From: Limnothrix sp. BL-A-16
Lineage (GTDB): Bacteria; Cyanobacteriota; Cyanobacteriia; CACIAM-69d
Assembly: GCA_041937175.2 (NCBI GenBank)
Contig: CP166615.1
Span: 768,001-832,000 of the forward strand
Direction: 5' to 3'
DNA: 64,000 bases
Notes under the pieces: model-generated
The model's database searches: none
Seen by the model: the letters and a program-made list of their open reading frames with translations, nothing else
What the model was told of the DNA's origin: nothing
Translations under genes and position numbers: made by a program
In this document: positions 10,047-19,750 of the stretch, piece by piece
Layout: the number at the start of each line of letters is the position of its first letter
Numbering within the stretch: position 1 is the stretch's first letter

Positions 10047-11387
10047 GTGACGCGCTTCTCTAGTCCGCCAATCAACTGGAATCGATCGCTGCCAACCAAA
10101 GTCGGTGCGGCAGTGTTTTTAAGTGTTTTGGGGGGCTGGTTTCTGTGGGCGAGTTGGGAGCCATTTCCCTTGGCCAAGGTGGCGAGCTGGGCCTTGGCGG
10201 TCAGTCTGTTAACGGGGATGACTGCGGCTTGGGTTTGTAGTCGGGCCTTAGACTCCATCCGCCTGGCTTGGGTGCTGTTGACCTGCTTGGATCAGGAGTC
10301 TTCTTTTACGGGTGGCTTGGCGGCGAAGGTCAGTGCCCTGACGCAATTGGACGATCAGGATGACTGTGCGCAGTTTGTGCGGCTCACCAGTCGCTTGCTG
10401 GTGCGGTATGGCGATCGATTGCAGTTTTTGGAGCGCCAACGATTAGCCCTGGAAAGTTGGCTTCATGAACATCGCGATCGACTGATTTTGATGGAAGCGG
10501 AACAGGAAAAATTGCAAGTGGCCCTTGCCCAGGCCCAAGACCGCATTCGACAGTTGGAAGGCGTTGACCTGGAAACGGGCTTGGCGAATCATTACCGTTT
10601 CTATGAAGCGCTGCAGCACACTTGGCAACAGGCACTGCGATCGAACCAGGTGGTGTCAGTTGTGGCCTGCGAAGTGGATCACTTGGCGGATTGGGTGAAT
10701 CTCCAAGGCGAGGCCTTTGGTCAACAAACAATTCACAACCTGGCAACGGTCTTAAGACAACAGGTGCAACGCAGTTCCGATGTGGTTGGCCGCGATCGGG
10801 GCGATCGATTCCTGATTTTGCTGCCCAATACTGATTCGATCGGTGCTTTGGCCGTCGCGGAATCGATTCGCCATCAGTTCAATCGCTGCGCGACTCAGCA
10901 GCCCATGACTCCCACGGCTCACCATTGGCCAAGCCACTACGATGACGCTCCGGCTTCTCCTTGGGCCGCCGGTTCGTCTTTGCATCTTGGTATGGATTGC
11001 CCCCCAACGCGCGATCGGCTACGAAGCGACTCCACCGCCACCAGTGACCGGGTTAAGGCTGAGCAAGAGGCATCCAGGCCGATCAATGTCAACATCGATG
11101 CCAGCGCAGATTTCGCCGATGCGTTCTTAGTCACTGGTTCTGAGGCTGCAATGGCTGCTGAAGTAGCCCCTGAAAGCGCTCCCGAAATGCCAATAGATCA
11201 CTCTCCATCCGCCCAGGAGCCGATCCCAACCGCTGGCACAGAGGTGACCCTATCCTTAGGCATTGGCACGTTGGTGCCTGATCTCCAGCAACTGCCCGAT
11301 ACGGCCGTGCGATCGGCTTTGCGGGCCCTTGAGCGGGCCCGTCGGCATGGGGGGAATTGTGTTGAGATGGACGGGCTGGAATATTAA
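10047..11387 (+). CDS. Membrane-anchored degenerate GGDEF-domain protein
   Basis: Two TM helices, coiled coil, DLETGLAN, RSSD I-site, RDRGDRF in place of RYGGEEF, distal VTLSLGI..ARRHGGNCV. Confidence 0.8.
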   Translation: MTRFSSPPINWNRSLPTKVGAAVFLSVLGGWFLWASWEPFPLAKVASWALAVSLLTGMTAAWVCSRALDSIRLAWVLLTCLDQESSFTGGLAAKVSALTQLDDQDDCAQFVRLTSRLLVRYGDRLQFLERQRLALESWLHEHRDRLILMEAEQEKLQVALAQAQDRIRQLEGVDLETGLANHYRFYEALQHTWQQALRSNQVVSVVACEVDHLADWVNLQGEAFGQQTIHNLATVLRQQVQRSSDVVGRDRGDRFLILLPNTDSIGALAVAESIRHQFNRCATQQPMTPTAHHWPSHYDDAPASPWAAGSSLHLGMDCPPTRDRLRSDSTATSDRVKAEQEASRPINVNIDASADFADAFLVTGSEAAMAAEVAPESAPEMPIDHSPSAQEPIPTAGTEVTLSLGIGTLVPDLQQLPDTAVRSALRALERARRHGGNCVEMDGLEY

Positions 11388-11537
11388 CCCGGTTGTTGGT
11401 TTTGTGGGCTGGTTGTACTGGCTGGTTGTATTGACTAGTTTTGTTCGTTGATTCTGTCTGCTGGTTTTTTCTGCTGGTTTGGTTGGTCTCGGTCTGGCTC
11501 TGTTGATTCCTGGGTATAGATTGGGGTAATCCATGGA

Positions 11538-12776
11538 TTGGGGGAATCAGCCGTTAAGTTATGGCTACGATCGCATAGTTCAGATGGTGTGTTAGCAGTG
11601 AATCGCAATTGGTGGATCGCAGGCACGGTCGCGTTTAGCTTAGGCCTTGGCATTGGGGTTGTGACCGATCGCCAATGGCAAAAGGCCCTCGGTCTCGGAG
11701 CCATTGCCCTGTCCGGTGCAGCGGCGATCACCGCCTTAACGCCCGATCGCTCCCGATCGCAGCCCGAACCCTGGGATCCTCGCCTCAGGGAAACCATCTC
11801 CCCCGAATATGCCAACTGGTTACCCAGCGATCATCGTCCACCAACCATCAACCCACCTCTCAGCAGCGACCTCGCCAGCGCCTTGCGCGTGGAGGTCGAT
11901 CGCCTTGAACGAGAACTAGAACAATCCCTCACCCGTAAGCAGCAACTCGAAGCGGTGATTGGTGTTCTGCGTAAGGAAAAAGAAGCAATTCAGTCCCAAA
12001 TTGATGAAGGCAGCGGCCGAACGCAGAAGATTTATCGTGTTTTGGCTGATTTGGAAACCCAGCGCCAGCAACTCGAAGACAAAATTGCCCAGCATCAAAC
12101 TCAACTAGCCGATCTTGACAGTCGCAAGGCCAGCATGGAGCGCGACCTAACTCAGGTCGATCGACTGCGCGCCGAAACCATCGCCCTAGAACAAGAGGCC
12201 CAAGAACGCCAAGCCAACCTCAGCAACCTCCGCCAGCGAGAACAAACCCTCCTCAACAACTGCACCAGCCTTGAGGCCCAAGCGGCCGAACTCAGCGAGC
12301 GCACGGCCACCCTCACGCGATCGCTCGCTGACACCATGCGAGAACAGCAGAGCGTAGAAATGACCCTGCAACAACAGCAAACGGCCCTCGAACAAATTCG
12401 CACCCAAGCCGATGCCCATCACCGACGGCGCTACGAACTTCGCCAACAGATCGAAACCCTGCAACAGCAATACGACGGATTGCCCTCCACCGTCGCTAAA
12501 CTGCAGGCAGAGCACGATCGACTCGTGGCCCTCTGCCGCGATCGGCAAGTGGAATTAAACCAAATTCACGAAAACATGGCCCAAGCTCGTGCTCAGCAGC
12601 AAGCAATCCAAGCCGAGTTACAGCGCGATCGCCAAGCACTCCTGCGGGTCAACCACAAAAAACAGCAGGAAACCAACTCCTTACGGCTGTGGCTCAGCTT
12701 TCTTCTCAAAGACCTGTCCGCCAACGAGCCACCATCACCCAAGCACCGCCGCGCCCCCCGCAAACCCAACGCCTAG
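11538..12776 (+). CDS. Membrane-anchored long coiled-coil protein
   Basis: Two N-terminal hydrophobic segments, then about 280 aa of Q/E/L heptad-rich sequence; start uncertain. Confidence 0.7.
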   Translation: MGESAVKLWLRSHSSDGVLAVNRNWWIAGTVAFSLGLGIGVVTDRQWQKALGLGAIALSGAAAITALTPDRSRSQPEPWDPRLRETISPEYANWLPSDHRPPTINPPLSSDLASALRVEVDRLERELEQSLTRKQQLEAVIGVLRKEKEAIQSQIDEGSGRTQKIYRVLADLETQRQQLEDKIAQHQTQLADLDSRKASMERDLTQVDRLRAETIALEQEAQERQANLSNLRQREQTLLNNCTSLEAQAAELSERTATLTRSLADTMREQQSVEMTLQQQQTALEQIRTQADAHHRRRYELRQQIETLQQQYDGLPSTVAKLQAEHDRLVALCRDRQVELNQIHENMAQARAQQQAIQAELQRDRQALLRVNHKKQQETNSLRLWLSFLLKDLSANEPPSPKHRRAPRKPNA

Positions 12777-13012
12777 TGGCAAGTCAGGTAAACTCGCTGA
12801 AGAATTGGACTGTAACTGCTGAACTCACAGCTCAAACCGGCGAACTCATGAACCAAACTTGAGCTTGGCATTAAATTAATGTTGTTAATATTGATCTAGC
12901 ATTGATCTTGAATTTTTTTATTTTGAGTTCGTTTTGAATTTATTTTGATGGTTTACGAATATTGCTCTGGATTCGCTGCCAACCCCCCTGACTAGTATCT
13001 GATCAAAAAGAA

Positions 13013-14425
13013 ATGAGCATTTTTTTGATTACAAAGGAAGCAACAGCAAAACTCAAAGAGGTTTATAACCGCAATCCTCTCTTTCTCTTAGAACACATTT
13101 TCGTTGTTTTCTTTCTCATTCGCTACTCTCTTGGCATTCTAGAGGTTATTTTAACCAACGGAGCCAGTGAAGGTGATGGGCAAGATATCTTATCTTTTAA
13201 TTATAAACCGAGCGTAGCGCTCTATTTTTTAAACTATATCGTCACTAATATTTTATTAATTATGCGATGGAAAAAAGTCATTGTGATGCTAATGGCAGCT
13301 CCCACAGTTGTTTTTCTCATTGCCATGTTTCCCGTTTCATTTCTTTGGTCGATCGAGCCTTCCAAGACCCTCAATGCCTCGATCGCCATGATTGGTACCT
13401 TTCAATTTGGTCTTTATCTCGCCACTCGCTATTCCCTTAGGGATCAAGTTCGCATCTTGGGAGTGATGTTTGGTATTTCCCAGGTGCTCTGTTTCGTCTT
13501 TGGTGTTGCCCTGCGTAAATATGGCGTGATGAGCGCAGTCCATGCTGGCAAATGGCGCGGCATCTATTCCCACAAAAATCAACTAGGCAAAATGATGGCC
13601 CTCGCTTCCGGGGTCTTCGTGCTGCTTGGTATTTCTGAAACCTATCGACGATATCGCTACTTAGCTTGGTTTGGCCTCATCACTGCCTTTGTTCTCATTC
13701 AGCTCTCTGGCTCCAAAAGTCCTTTTATTAATATTGGATTGCTGATTGCCATGAGTGCATTTGGTCAGATTTTTCGTCTACCACATAAATGGATGGTTCG
13801 CGCCCTAATTTGGTCAGCCGTCATTGGAATTAATCTGTTTTTCTATTGGGATGACATCGTAATCAATATCCTAGGCGCGTTAGGTAAAGATGCTAGCTTA
13901 ACAGGCAGAACAGATGTTTGGGAATTTGTGATTGATCGGATCAAAGATCGACCAATCTTAGGTTATGGCTTTGGCACATTTTGGAATGGCTTAGATGGGA
14001 AGTCAGCCTATGTTGTTCGTGCAGTTCGGTGGCCTGTTCCTGATGCGCATAATGGATTTTTGGAAATATGTATTGATTTAGGTCTTGTGGGCTTAGCAGT
14101 TTACGTTTGGGTTGTTTTTCAAACAATTATCAAAGCCATAGCGCTCATTCGCGCCACCAGAAGCAATGAATACATCTGGGTTCTAATGTTCTTTACCTAT
14201 AGCACAGTTGCTAATCTTTCAGAAAGCTCCCTGCTGTTTCGTAACTCCTTACCCAGTGTTATTTTTGCTGCCGTCTCCTTCACAGTGGCAGCAAACTATT
14301 ACCAGCAATTTAAAGTCAACCCTTCCAATTTTTCCACTCAAATTTCGGAACAACCTTTGCCCGAGGCCTCTGAGTTACTATCGGATGAGCCAAGCGTTGG
14401 AATTGAATATAAATCCAATCCTTGA
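13013..14425 (+). CDS. O-antigen ligase/Wzy-like polymerase
   Basis: Multi-TM; WRGIYSHKNQLG, LTGRTDVW, RPILGYG, AHNGFLE. Confidence 0.9.
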   Translation: MSIFLITKEATAKLKEVYNRNPLFLLEHIFVVFFLIRYSLGILEVILTNGASEGDGQDILSFNYKPSVALYFLNYIVTNILLIMRWKKVIVMLMAAPTVVFLIAMFPVSFLWSIEPSKTLNASIAMIGTFQFGLYLATRYSLRDQVRILGVMFGISQVLCFVFGVALRKYGVMSAVHAGKWRGIYSHKNQLGKMMALASGVFVLLGISETYRRYRYLAWFGLITAFVLIQLSGSKSPFINIGLLIAMSAFGQIFRLPHKWMVRALIWSAVIGINLFFYWDDIVINILGALGKDASLTGRTDVWEFVIDRIKDRPILGYGFGTFWNGLDGKSAYVVRAVRWPVPDAHNGFLEICIDLGLVGLAVYVWVVFQTIIKAIALIRATRSNEYIWVLMFFTYSTVANLSESSLLFRNSLPSVIFAAVSFTVAANYYQQFKVNPSNFSTQISEQPLPEASELLSDEPSVGIEYKSNP

Positions 14426-14885
14426 TCACGAGAAAAATTGAAAGCACTTTAAAAAATTCAAAATGTTTATTTGTCATCAAATTCTTTAAGAAAAATTCAC
14501 TTTCTGAGATTTACAATTCCTTCTTGGTCAAAAATAAAAAATTCTCAAAAATTCTCAAAAAAATTCTATAAAGCTAAATACAAATCAATTTCGACAATGC
14601 AGTATAATGATAATAGGAATCTTCGATTTATAGTGAATGTCTAAAGCATAATTTGAGATTTCGCTTAAACATTGCTTCAAGCTTACAAAGCTTCAAGCCT
14701 ATAAATAGAATAGTTCATTTCATGATTGAGAAACTTTTTCCTGATTCAAATAAAATCAATAAGAATAATCGTCCAGTGCTTTGTTTTTAACTGTCTTGTT
14801 TTTACAAGAACCCTTTGAGTAAGAATTTTGCTTGAAGACACTCAAAAAATCGATAACCTACTCTGCTTTCAACACCAATCATCCC

Positions 14886-15767
14886 ATGCAAATCGATAAT
14901 TCTCAAAACCTATCCTCCTTTGCCATCATTACACCAAGCTATGATCAAGACTTCCAGCGCTGCCAACTTCTCTGCAAAAGTATCTCGCGCTTTGTTCAGC
15001 CACCTTTCAAGCATTATATTGTTGTAGAAAAGCGTGACCTGAAACTGTTTTCAAAACTCAAAAATCAACATACAGAAATTATTATTGTTCAAGATTTGCT
15101 TCCTTTTTGGCTTTTTAGGCTACCCAAAATCCGAAAAACTTGGTTCAGCCTAAAGGGAGTTCCGGTGCGTAGCTGGATTATGCAGCAAATTTCCAAAATC
15201 GCACTTGCGAGAGCAATTGATGAAGAGATTTCAGTATTTTTGGATTCGGATGAGATGTTTATCCGAGACTTTGGGATTTCGAACCTGATCAAAAACAACC
15301 AAGTTCGATTCTATGCTGAGCCAGAGGGCAACCCGATCGGAATGGATACGCCGCATCAACATTGGCATCAATCGGCTAGTCGATTATTGGGTTTAGCGGC
15401 AACACCCATGCCAGCCCCCGACTACATTGCTGACGTGATCACGTGGAAACGAGAAAATGTAACAGCAATGTGTCGTCACATTGAACGCATTTATCATCAA
15501 TCATGGTTCGAGGCAGTTTCAAAAACATGGCATTTTTCTGAATACACGCTCTATGGAACCTATATTGATCGGGTGCTTCAAGACCGGAGCGGCCATTACT
15601 GGGATCCAACCAAAATTCTCAATTCCTATTACGATCCCAATGTGATGACTGAAGAAGAGTTGCGCAACTTTGTTAACTCAACTCGACCTGAGCATGTTGC
15701 CATCATGATTTCTGCTAAGGCTAAAATAGCAGTTGACCGATACGCGAGCTTGTTAGAGCTTGAATAG
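14886..15767 (+). CDS. DUF6492-like putative glycosyltransferase
   Basis: ITPSY..DFQRC.LLC.SI, WIMQQISK, DSD motif, FSEYTLYG. Confidence 0.7.
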   Translation: MQIDNSQNLSSFAIITPSYDQDFQRCQLLCKSISRFVQPPFKHYIVVEKRDLKLFSKLKNQHTEIIIVQDLLPFWLFRLPKIRKTWFSLKGVPVRSWIMQQISKIALARAIDEEISVFLDSDEMFIRDFGISNLIKNNQVRFYAEPEGNPIGMDTPHQHWHQSASRLLGLAATPMPAPDYIADVITWKRENVTAMCRHIERIYHQSWFEAVSKTWHFSEYTLYGTYIDRVLQDRSGHYWDPTKILNSYYDPNVMTEEELRNFVNSTRPEHVAIMISAKAKIAVDRYASLLELE

Positions 15768-16060
15768 GCTGGTTGCTAACGGTGTGTAATCGATCGCTCT
15801 TCATGATGGGTGGAGGGTAACTGTTGAGCGAGTCGAAGAAGCCAGCATCCGATCAAAAACCCTCGGGCTACCTTCAATGATCCGGTTACTGACCCTAAAT
15901 CTCGGTAAAGGATGAAAATTTGGCAAGGTTGGTGGGGGCCTGCTGCCAAAGAAGTTGGTCAGTAGTGATGTTCTTGATCCTGAGGCTGCCAAAACTAGCT
16001 GACTATTTGGGGGCATCCCCCTTGTTCTGTTTTTGATCAATATAGACGGGCAATAGTTCC

Positions 16061-17188
16061 ATGAATGTTGCATTGATCGGCTGTGGATTTGTTGCTGATT
16101 ATTATGTGCGAACTTTAGAAAATCATCCTTCATTAAAAATTCTGGGCGTGATGGATCGAGATTCAGCACGCACAGAGTATTTTTCTCAATTTCATAAACT
16201 TCCTAAGTACCCCAGTTTGGAAGCGGTACTAGCAGATGAGCGTGTGCAAATTGTCATTAACCTAACCAATCCTCGCAGTCACTATGAAGTTTCCAAAGCA
16301 GCTTTGCTAGCGGGCAAACATGTTTACTCAGAAAAACCGCTGGGGATGACTTTTGAAGAGGCCAAAGAACTGGTTGAACTAGCGGAATCTAAGCAACTGG
16401 AAATTTCCGGTGCGCCCTGCAGCCTTTTGGGCGAAACGGCACAAACGATTTGGAAAGCCTTGCGCGAGCAAGCAGTTGGCCAAGTCAGCGTGGTTTATGC
16501 AGAAATGGACGATGGGTTTGTGCCTGCGATGGCTTACCAAACCTGGCTGAGTGAATCGGGAATACCGTGGCCCTACAAAGATGAATTTGAAGTGGGTTGC
16601 ACGTTGGAACATGCGGGCTATTACTTAACTTGGTTGCCTGCTTTCTTTGGGTCGGCTGTTAGCGTCACTGCCTTTGCGGATTGTACGATTCCCAATAAGG
16701 GTATTGATCATCTAGATCCACCCAATACGCCGGATTTTTCAGTTGCCTGTATTAAGTTTGCCTCGGGAGTTGTGGCTCGCTTGACCTGTAGTATCGTGGC
16801 TTCCCACGATCATGAATTACGAATTTTTGGAGATCAGGGGGTGATGTATACGGAAGATTGTTGGTTTTATCGATCGCCCGTTTATATTAAGCGCCGTCTA
16901 CGAATTCGTCGCAAAACGATCGAGGGGCCTCTCGCGCAACGTTACCCATTGGTGGGGCCAGTCACCAAACGCCAAAAGTACCGAGGTGCTCAACAAATGG
17001 ATTTTGCGCGGGGAATTGCTGACTTGGCGGAGGCAATTGAGAATAAGCGATCACCCAGATTGTCGGGACGCTATTCATTGCATGTGAATGAAATGGTCTT
17101 GGCAATTCACTACGCAACAGCTCAAGGATGTACCTATCAAATGAAAACCGATTGCCCGGTGGTGGAACCGCTGCCTTGGGCACTCTGA
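16061..17188 (+). CDS. Gfo/Idh/MocA family oxidoreductase
   Basis: IGCGFVA, NLTNPRSHY, GKHVYSEKP. Confidence 0.92.
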   Translation: MNVALIGCGFVADYYVRTLENHPSLKILGVMDRDSARTEYFSQFHKLPKYPSLEAVLADERVQIVINLTNPRSHYEVSKAALLAGKHVYSEKPLGMTFEEAKELVELAESKQLEISGAPCSLLGETAQTIWKALREQAVGQVSVVYAEMDDGFVPAMAYQTWLSESGIPWPYKDEFEVGCTLEHAGYYLTWLPAFFGSAVSVTAFADCTIPNKGIDHLDPPNTPDFSVACIKFASGVVARLTCSIVASHDHELRIFGDQGVMYTEDCWFYRSPVYIKRRLRIRRKTIEGPLAQRYPLVGPVTKRQKYRGAQQMDFARGIADLAEAIENKRSPRLSGRYSLHVNEMVLAIHYATAQGCTYQMKTDCPVVEPLPWAL

Positions 17189-17308
17189 TTATGCTGCCCT
17201 AACTCAACTAGTCATCATCGCAAAATGAAGGATCATGGACGATTTAGGTGCGATCGGTGAGTGCGACTGATTGAGTGTGACTCATTGAAGGTGATCAATT
17301 AAATTTTC

Positions 17309-18220
17309 ATGAAAGTTTCCATCTGCGTTGCCACCTATAAACGACAAGATTTACTGCATCAACTGATCTTGAGCTTGCAGGCACTCAAGTTTGAGCAAAT
17401 TGCAACTCCTGAAATTGAAATCATTGTGGTTGACAATGATGCAAATGGGTCGGCGCGCGAAACCGTGTCCACTTGGCAAGAAAGCTCTTGTTGGCCCATT
17501 CGCTACGATATTGAAATGCGATCGGGTGTGACCTATGCCAGAAATCGCACCATTCAAAATGCGGCTGAAGATAGTAACTTCATCGCCATCATTGATGATG
17601 ATGAACAAGCTTGCCCATCTTGGCTGGAAGCACTTTTGACTGCGCAAGAGCAATTTCAAGCCGATATTGTGGGCGGGCCAATCTTGCCAGTTTTTCAATC
17701 CAATCAAGTACCCAACTGGATTCATCAGGGACAATTTTTTGCGCCTCCTGCCTATAAAACGGGTCAGAGCTTACATGTGGCTTTCACGAATAATGTGTTG
17801 CTCCCTGCACCTTACCTGAAGCAAATGTCCTGTGTTTTTGATGAGCGATTTGCGGTGGGAGGTGGAGAAGATACGCACCTATTTATGCGGCTCCATCAAG
17901 CGGGCTTAAAAATTGTTTGGTCAGCAGAGGCGATCGCCTATGAATCGATTCCAGCCAGTCGAACCACGTTCCAATGGTTGTTACGGCGTAACTATTGGGG
18001 TTGGAGCATCTACAGCTTGGTTGAAAAAGAACTCTATCCACAGCCCAAGATATTTCTAGTTCGGCTTTGTAAAGGGCTTGCGTTAATGATTTTGGGAATT
18101 TTGGCGCTGATTCCTGGATTGCTGCGAGGAAAGCATCATTTATATCGAGCTTGTATCCGAACGGCGCAGGGGGCGGGCACAATTATGGGATTACTGGGAC
18201 GCAGAACTACTTGGGTTTAG
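17309..18220 (+). CDS. GT2 glycosyltransferase (ExoM-like)
   Basis: CVATYKR, VVDND, ARN, IDDDE, GGEDT. Confidence 0.9.
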   Translation: MKVSICVATYKRQDLLHQLILSLQALKFEQIATPEIEIIVVDNDANGSARETVSTWQESSCWPIRYDIEMRSGVTYARNRTIQNAAEDSNFIAIIDDDEQACPSWLEALLTAQEQFQADIVGGPILPVFQSNQVPNWIHQGQFFAPPAYKTGQSLHVAFTNNVLLPAPYLKQMSCVFDERFAVGGGEDTHLFMRLHQAGLKIVWSAEAIAYESIPASRTTFQWLLRRNYWGWSIYSLVEKELYPQPKIFLVRLCKGLALMILGILALIPGLLRGKHHLYRACIRTAQGAGTIMGLLGRRTTWV

Positions 18221-18408
18221 CGATAATCTAAGCTCAGTTGAATAAAATTTAGTGAAAAATTTTTGATATTACTAGAACCTGAGAACTAGCTCAAGATTTC
18301 AATCGAAATTGAGTGTGTAAATATCCTCAAAGATTGAATGCATGTTTGATAAATATTGATAAGCTTAGGTGAACGAAATCAGATGAATAAAAAATTTCTG
18401 AGGTTCCA

Positions 18409-18993
18409 GTGTCTTGGGAATTTGCAGAGCGTACTGAAGCATCAGCCCAAAATTTGTTGAAAATTGGAGAGGTGCGATCGCGCAGTGGTTGCTCCATTCA
18501 AACGATTCGCTACTACGAAAGTTTGGGACTGATCCAAGCGGTCGATCGAACGGCTGGCGGGTTTCGGTTGTTTGCACCGTCCACGCTCGATCGCTTGGCC
18601 TTTGTGAAGCAGGCTCAATCCTTGGGCATGAGTTTGCAAGACATCAGTGAGCTGCTGACGGTTTATGACAGTGGCAATGCTCCCTGTTCAACGGTGAAGC
18701 ATAAGCTGCGAGACAAGTTGGCAGATTTAGATCGTCGCATTCAATCGCTCCAGCGCTTGCGAGATGAGTTGCAATCCCTGTTGGCGGTGGCGGATGATTT
18801 GGAACAATCCCCGGGCAATATTTGTCCGATTGTGGAGCGAGCGAGTCGGCTGCATCAGGTGACGGAGGGTGTTGCTTTCGAGGCAGAGACTGTGGCTACT
18901 CAGGACTCATCAATCGCCCAGGCAATTCCGCCGCTGTCTGCCGCTGCTGGTTGCGGTGCGAATCGGGCGCTGAACTCCAGCACTGAACCCTAA
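18409..18993 (+). CDS. MerR-family metal-responsive regulator
   Basis: LKIGEV..SGCSIQTIRYYESLGLI..RTAGGFRLF; Cys in APC and ICPI. Confidence 0.88.
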   Translation: MSWEFAERTEASAQNLLKIGEVRSRSGCSIQTIRYYESLGLIQAVDRTAGGFRLFAPSTLDRLAFVKQAQSLGMSLQDISELLTVYDSGNAPCSTVKHKLRDKLADLDRRIQSLQRLRDELQSLLAVADDLEQSPGNICPIVERASRLHQVTEGVAFEAETVATQDSSIAQAIPPLSAAAGCGANRALNSSTEP

Positions 18994-19075
18994 AGCCGAT
19001 CGCGCCCTCTAAAATCTTCAAAATTGCCCGTTAAAATTGCCCGTTGCAAGCTGCCGCCAGGATGGCGCAAACGTC

Positions 19076-19750
19076 ATGCCCAGTCTTACTCGTGTTGCTA
19101 ACCGTGCTGCTATTGGTTGGGCCGTTGGTTTAGGGTTGGGGCTTGGCTTGCCGCTGGCAATTGTGCCCCGGGCGATCGCCCGGGAAGGGCCGCCCAAGAC
19201 CGAGCCGGTGCAGATGGCCGTGTCGCCGGAAGTGGAAACTTCGGCTTCGGAAGCGGCGGCGGCGGCCGTCACCAGCGGCAGCGATGCGCTGTCCGATCAA
19301 CCCTTGGGGGATCCGGTGGCTGTGGAACTGGAGCCAACCCGAATTTTTCGGCGAACGGGCTGCTTTGGCGATCAGCCCATGGCGACCGACAAGGAAATTC
19401 GTCAACAGGGCCTGACTCCGCCTAGCCTGTGGCTCACTCGGGATTTGCTGGGGGGAAAAATTGTCGATCGCTGGACAATCCACCGGGGTGATGAGCAGTT
19501 ACCGCCTTGGGTGGAAGTGACGTTTAATTTGCAACCTTGGAATAATTTGGAATACCCGCGCCAATATGCCTACCTGAATGAATTTGGGCGAGTGGCCAGG
19601 GAATATGGCTTTAATGTGCGGGTTTGCAATAGCTCGGGCGATGCGTTGGCGGCGCAGTTCTGTGACTGGTCGCAAATGCGGGCGGGGGTCACTTGTCCGA
19701 TTTATCTGCCGGGGGGATTTTCGGCGCGGGCACGATCGCGACTGTTTTAG
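19076..19750 (+). CDS. Hypothetical exported/membrane protein
   Basis: Hydrophobic N-terminus; LTPPSLW..W..LEY..QYAYLNEFG..AREYGFN pattern recalled from cyanobacterial hypotheticals. Confidence 0.65.
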   Translation: MPSLTRVANRAAIGWAVGLGLGLGLPLAIVPRAIAREGPPKTEPVQMAVSPEVETSASEAAAAAVTSGSDALSDQPLGDPVAVELEPTRIFRRTGCFGDQPMATDKEIRQQGLTPPSLWLTRDLLGGKIVDRWTIHRGDEQLPPWVEVTFNLQPWNNLEYPRQYAYLNEFGRVAREYGFNVRVCNSSGDALAAQFCDWSQMRAGVTCPIYLPGGFSARARSRLF

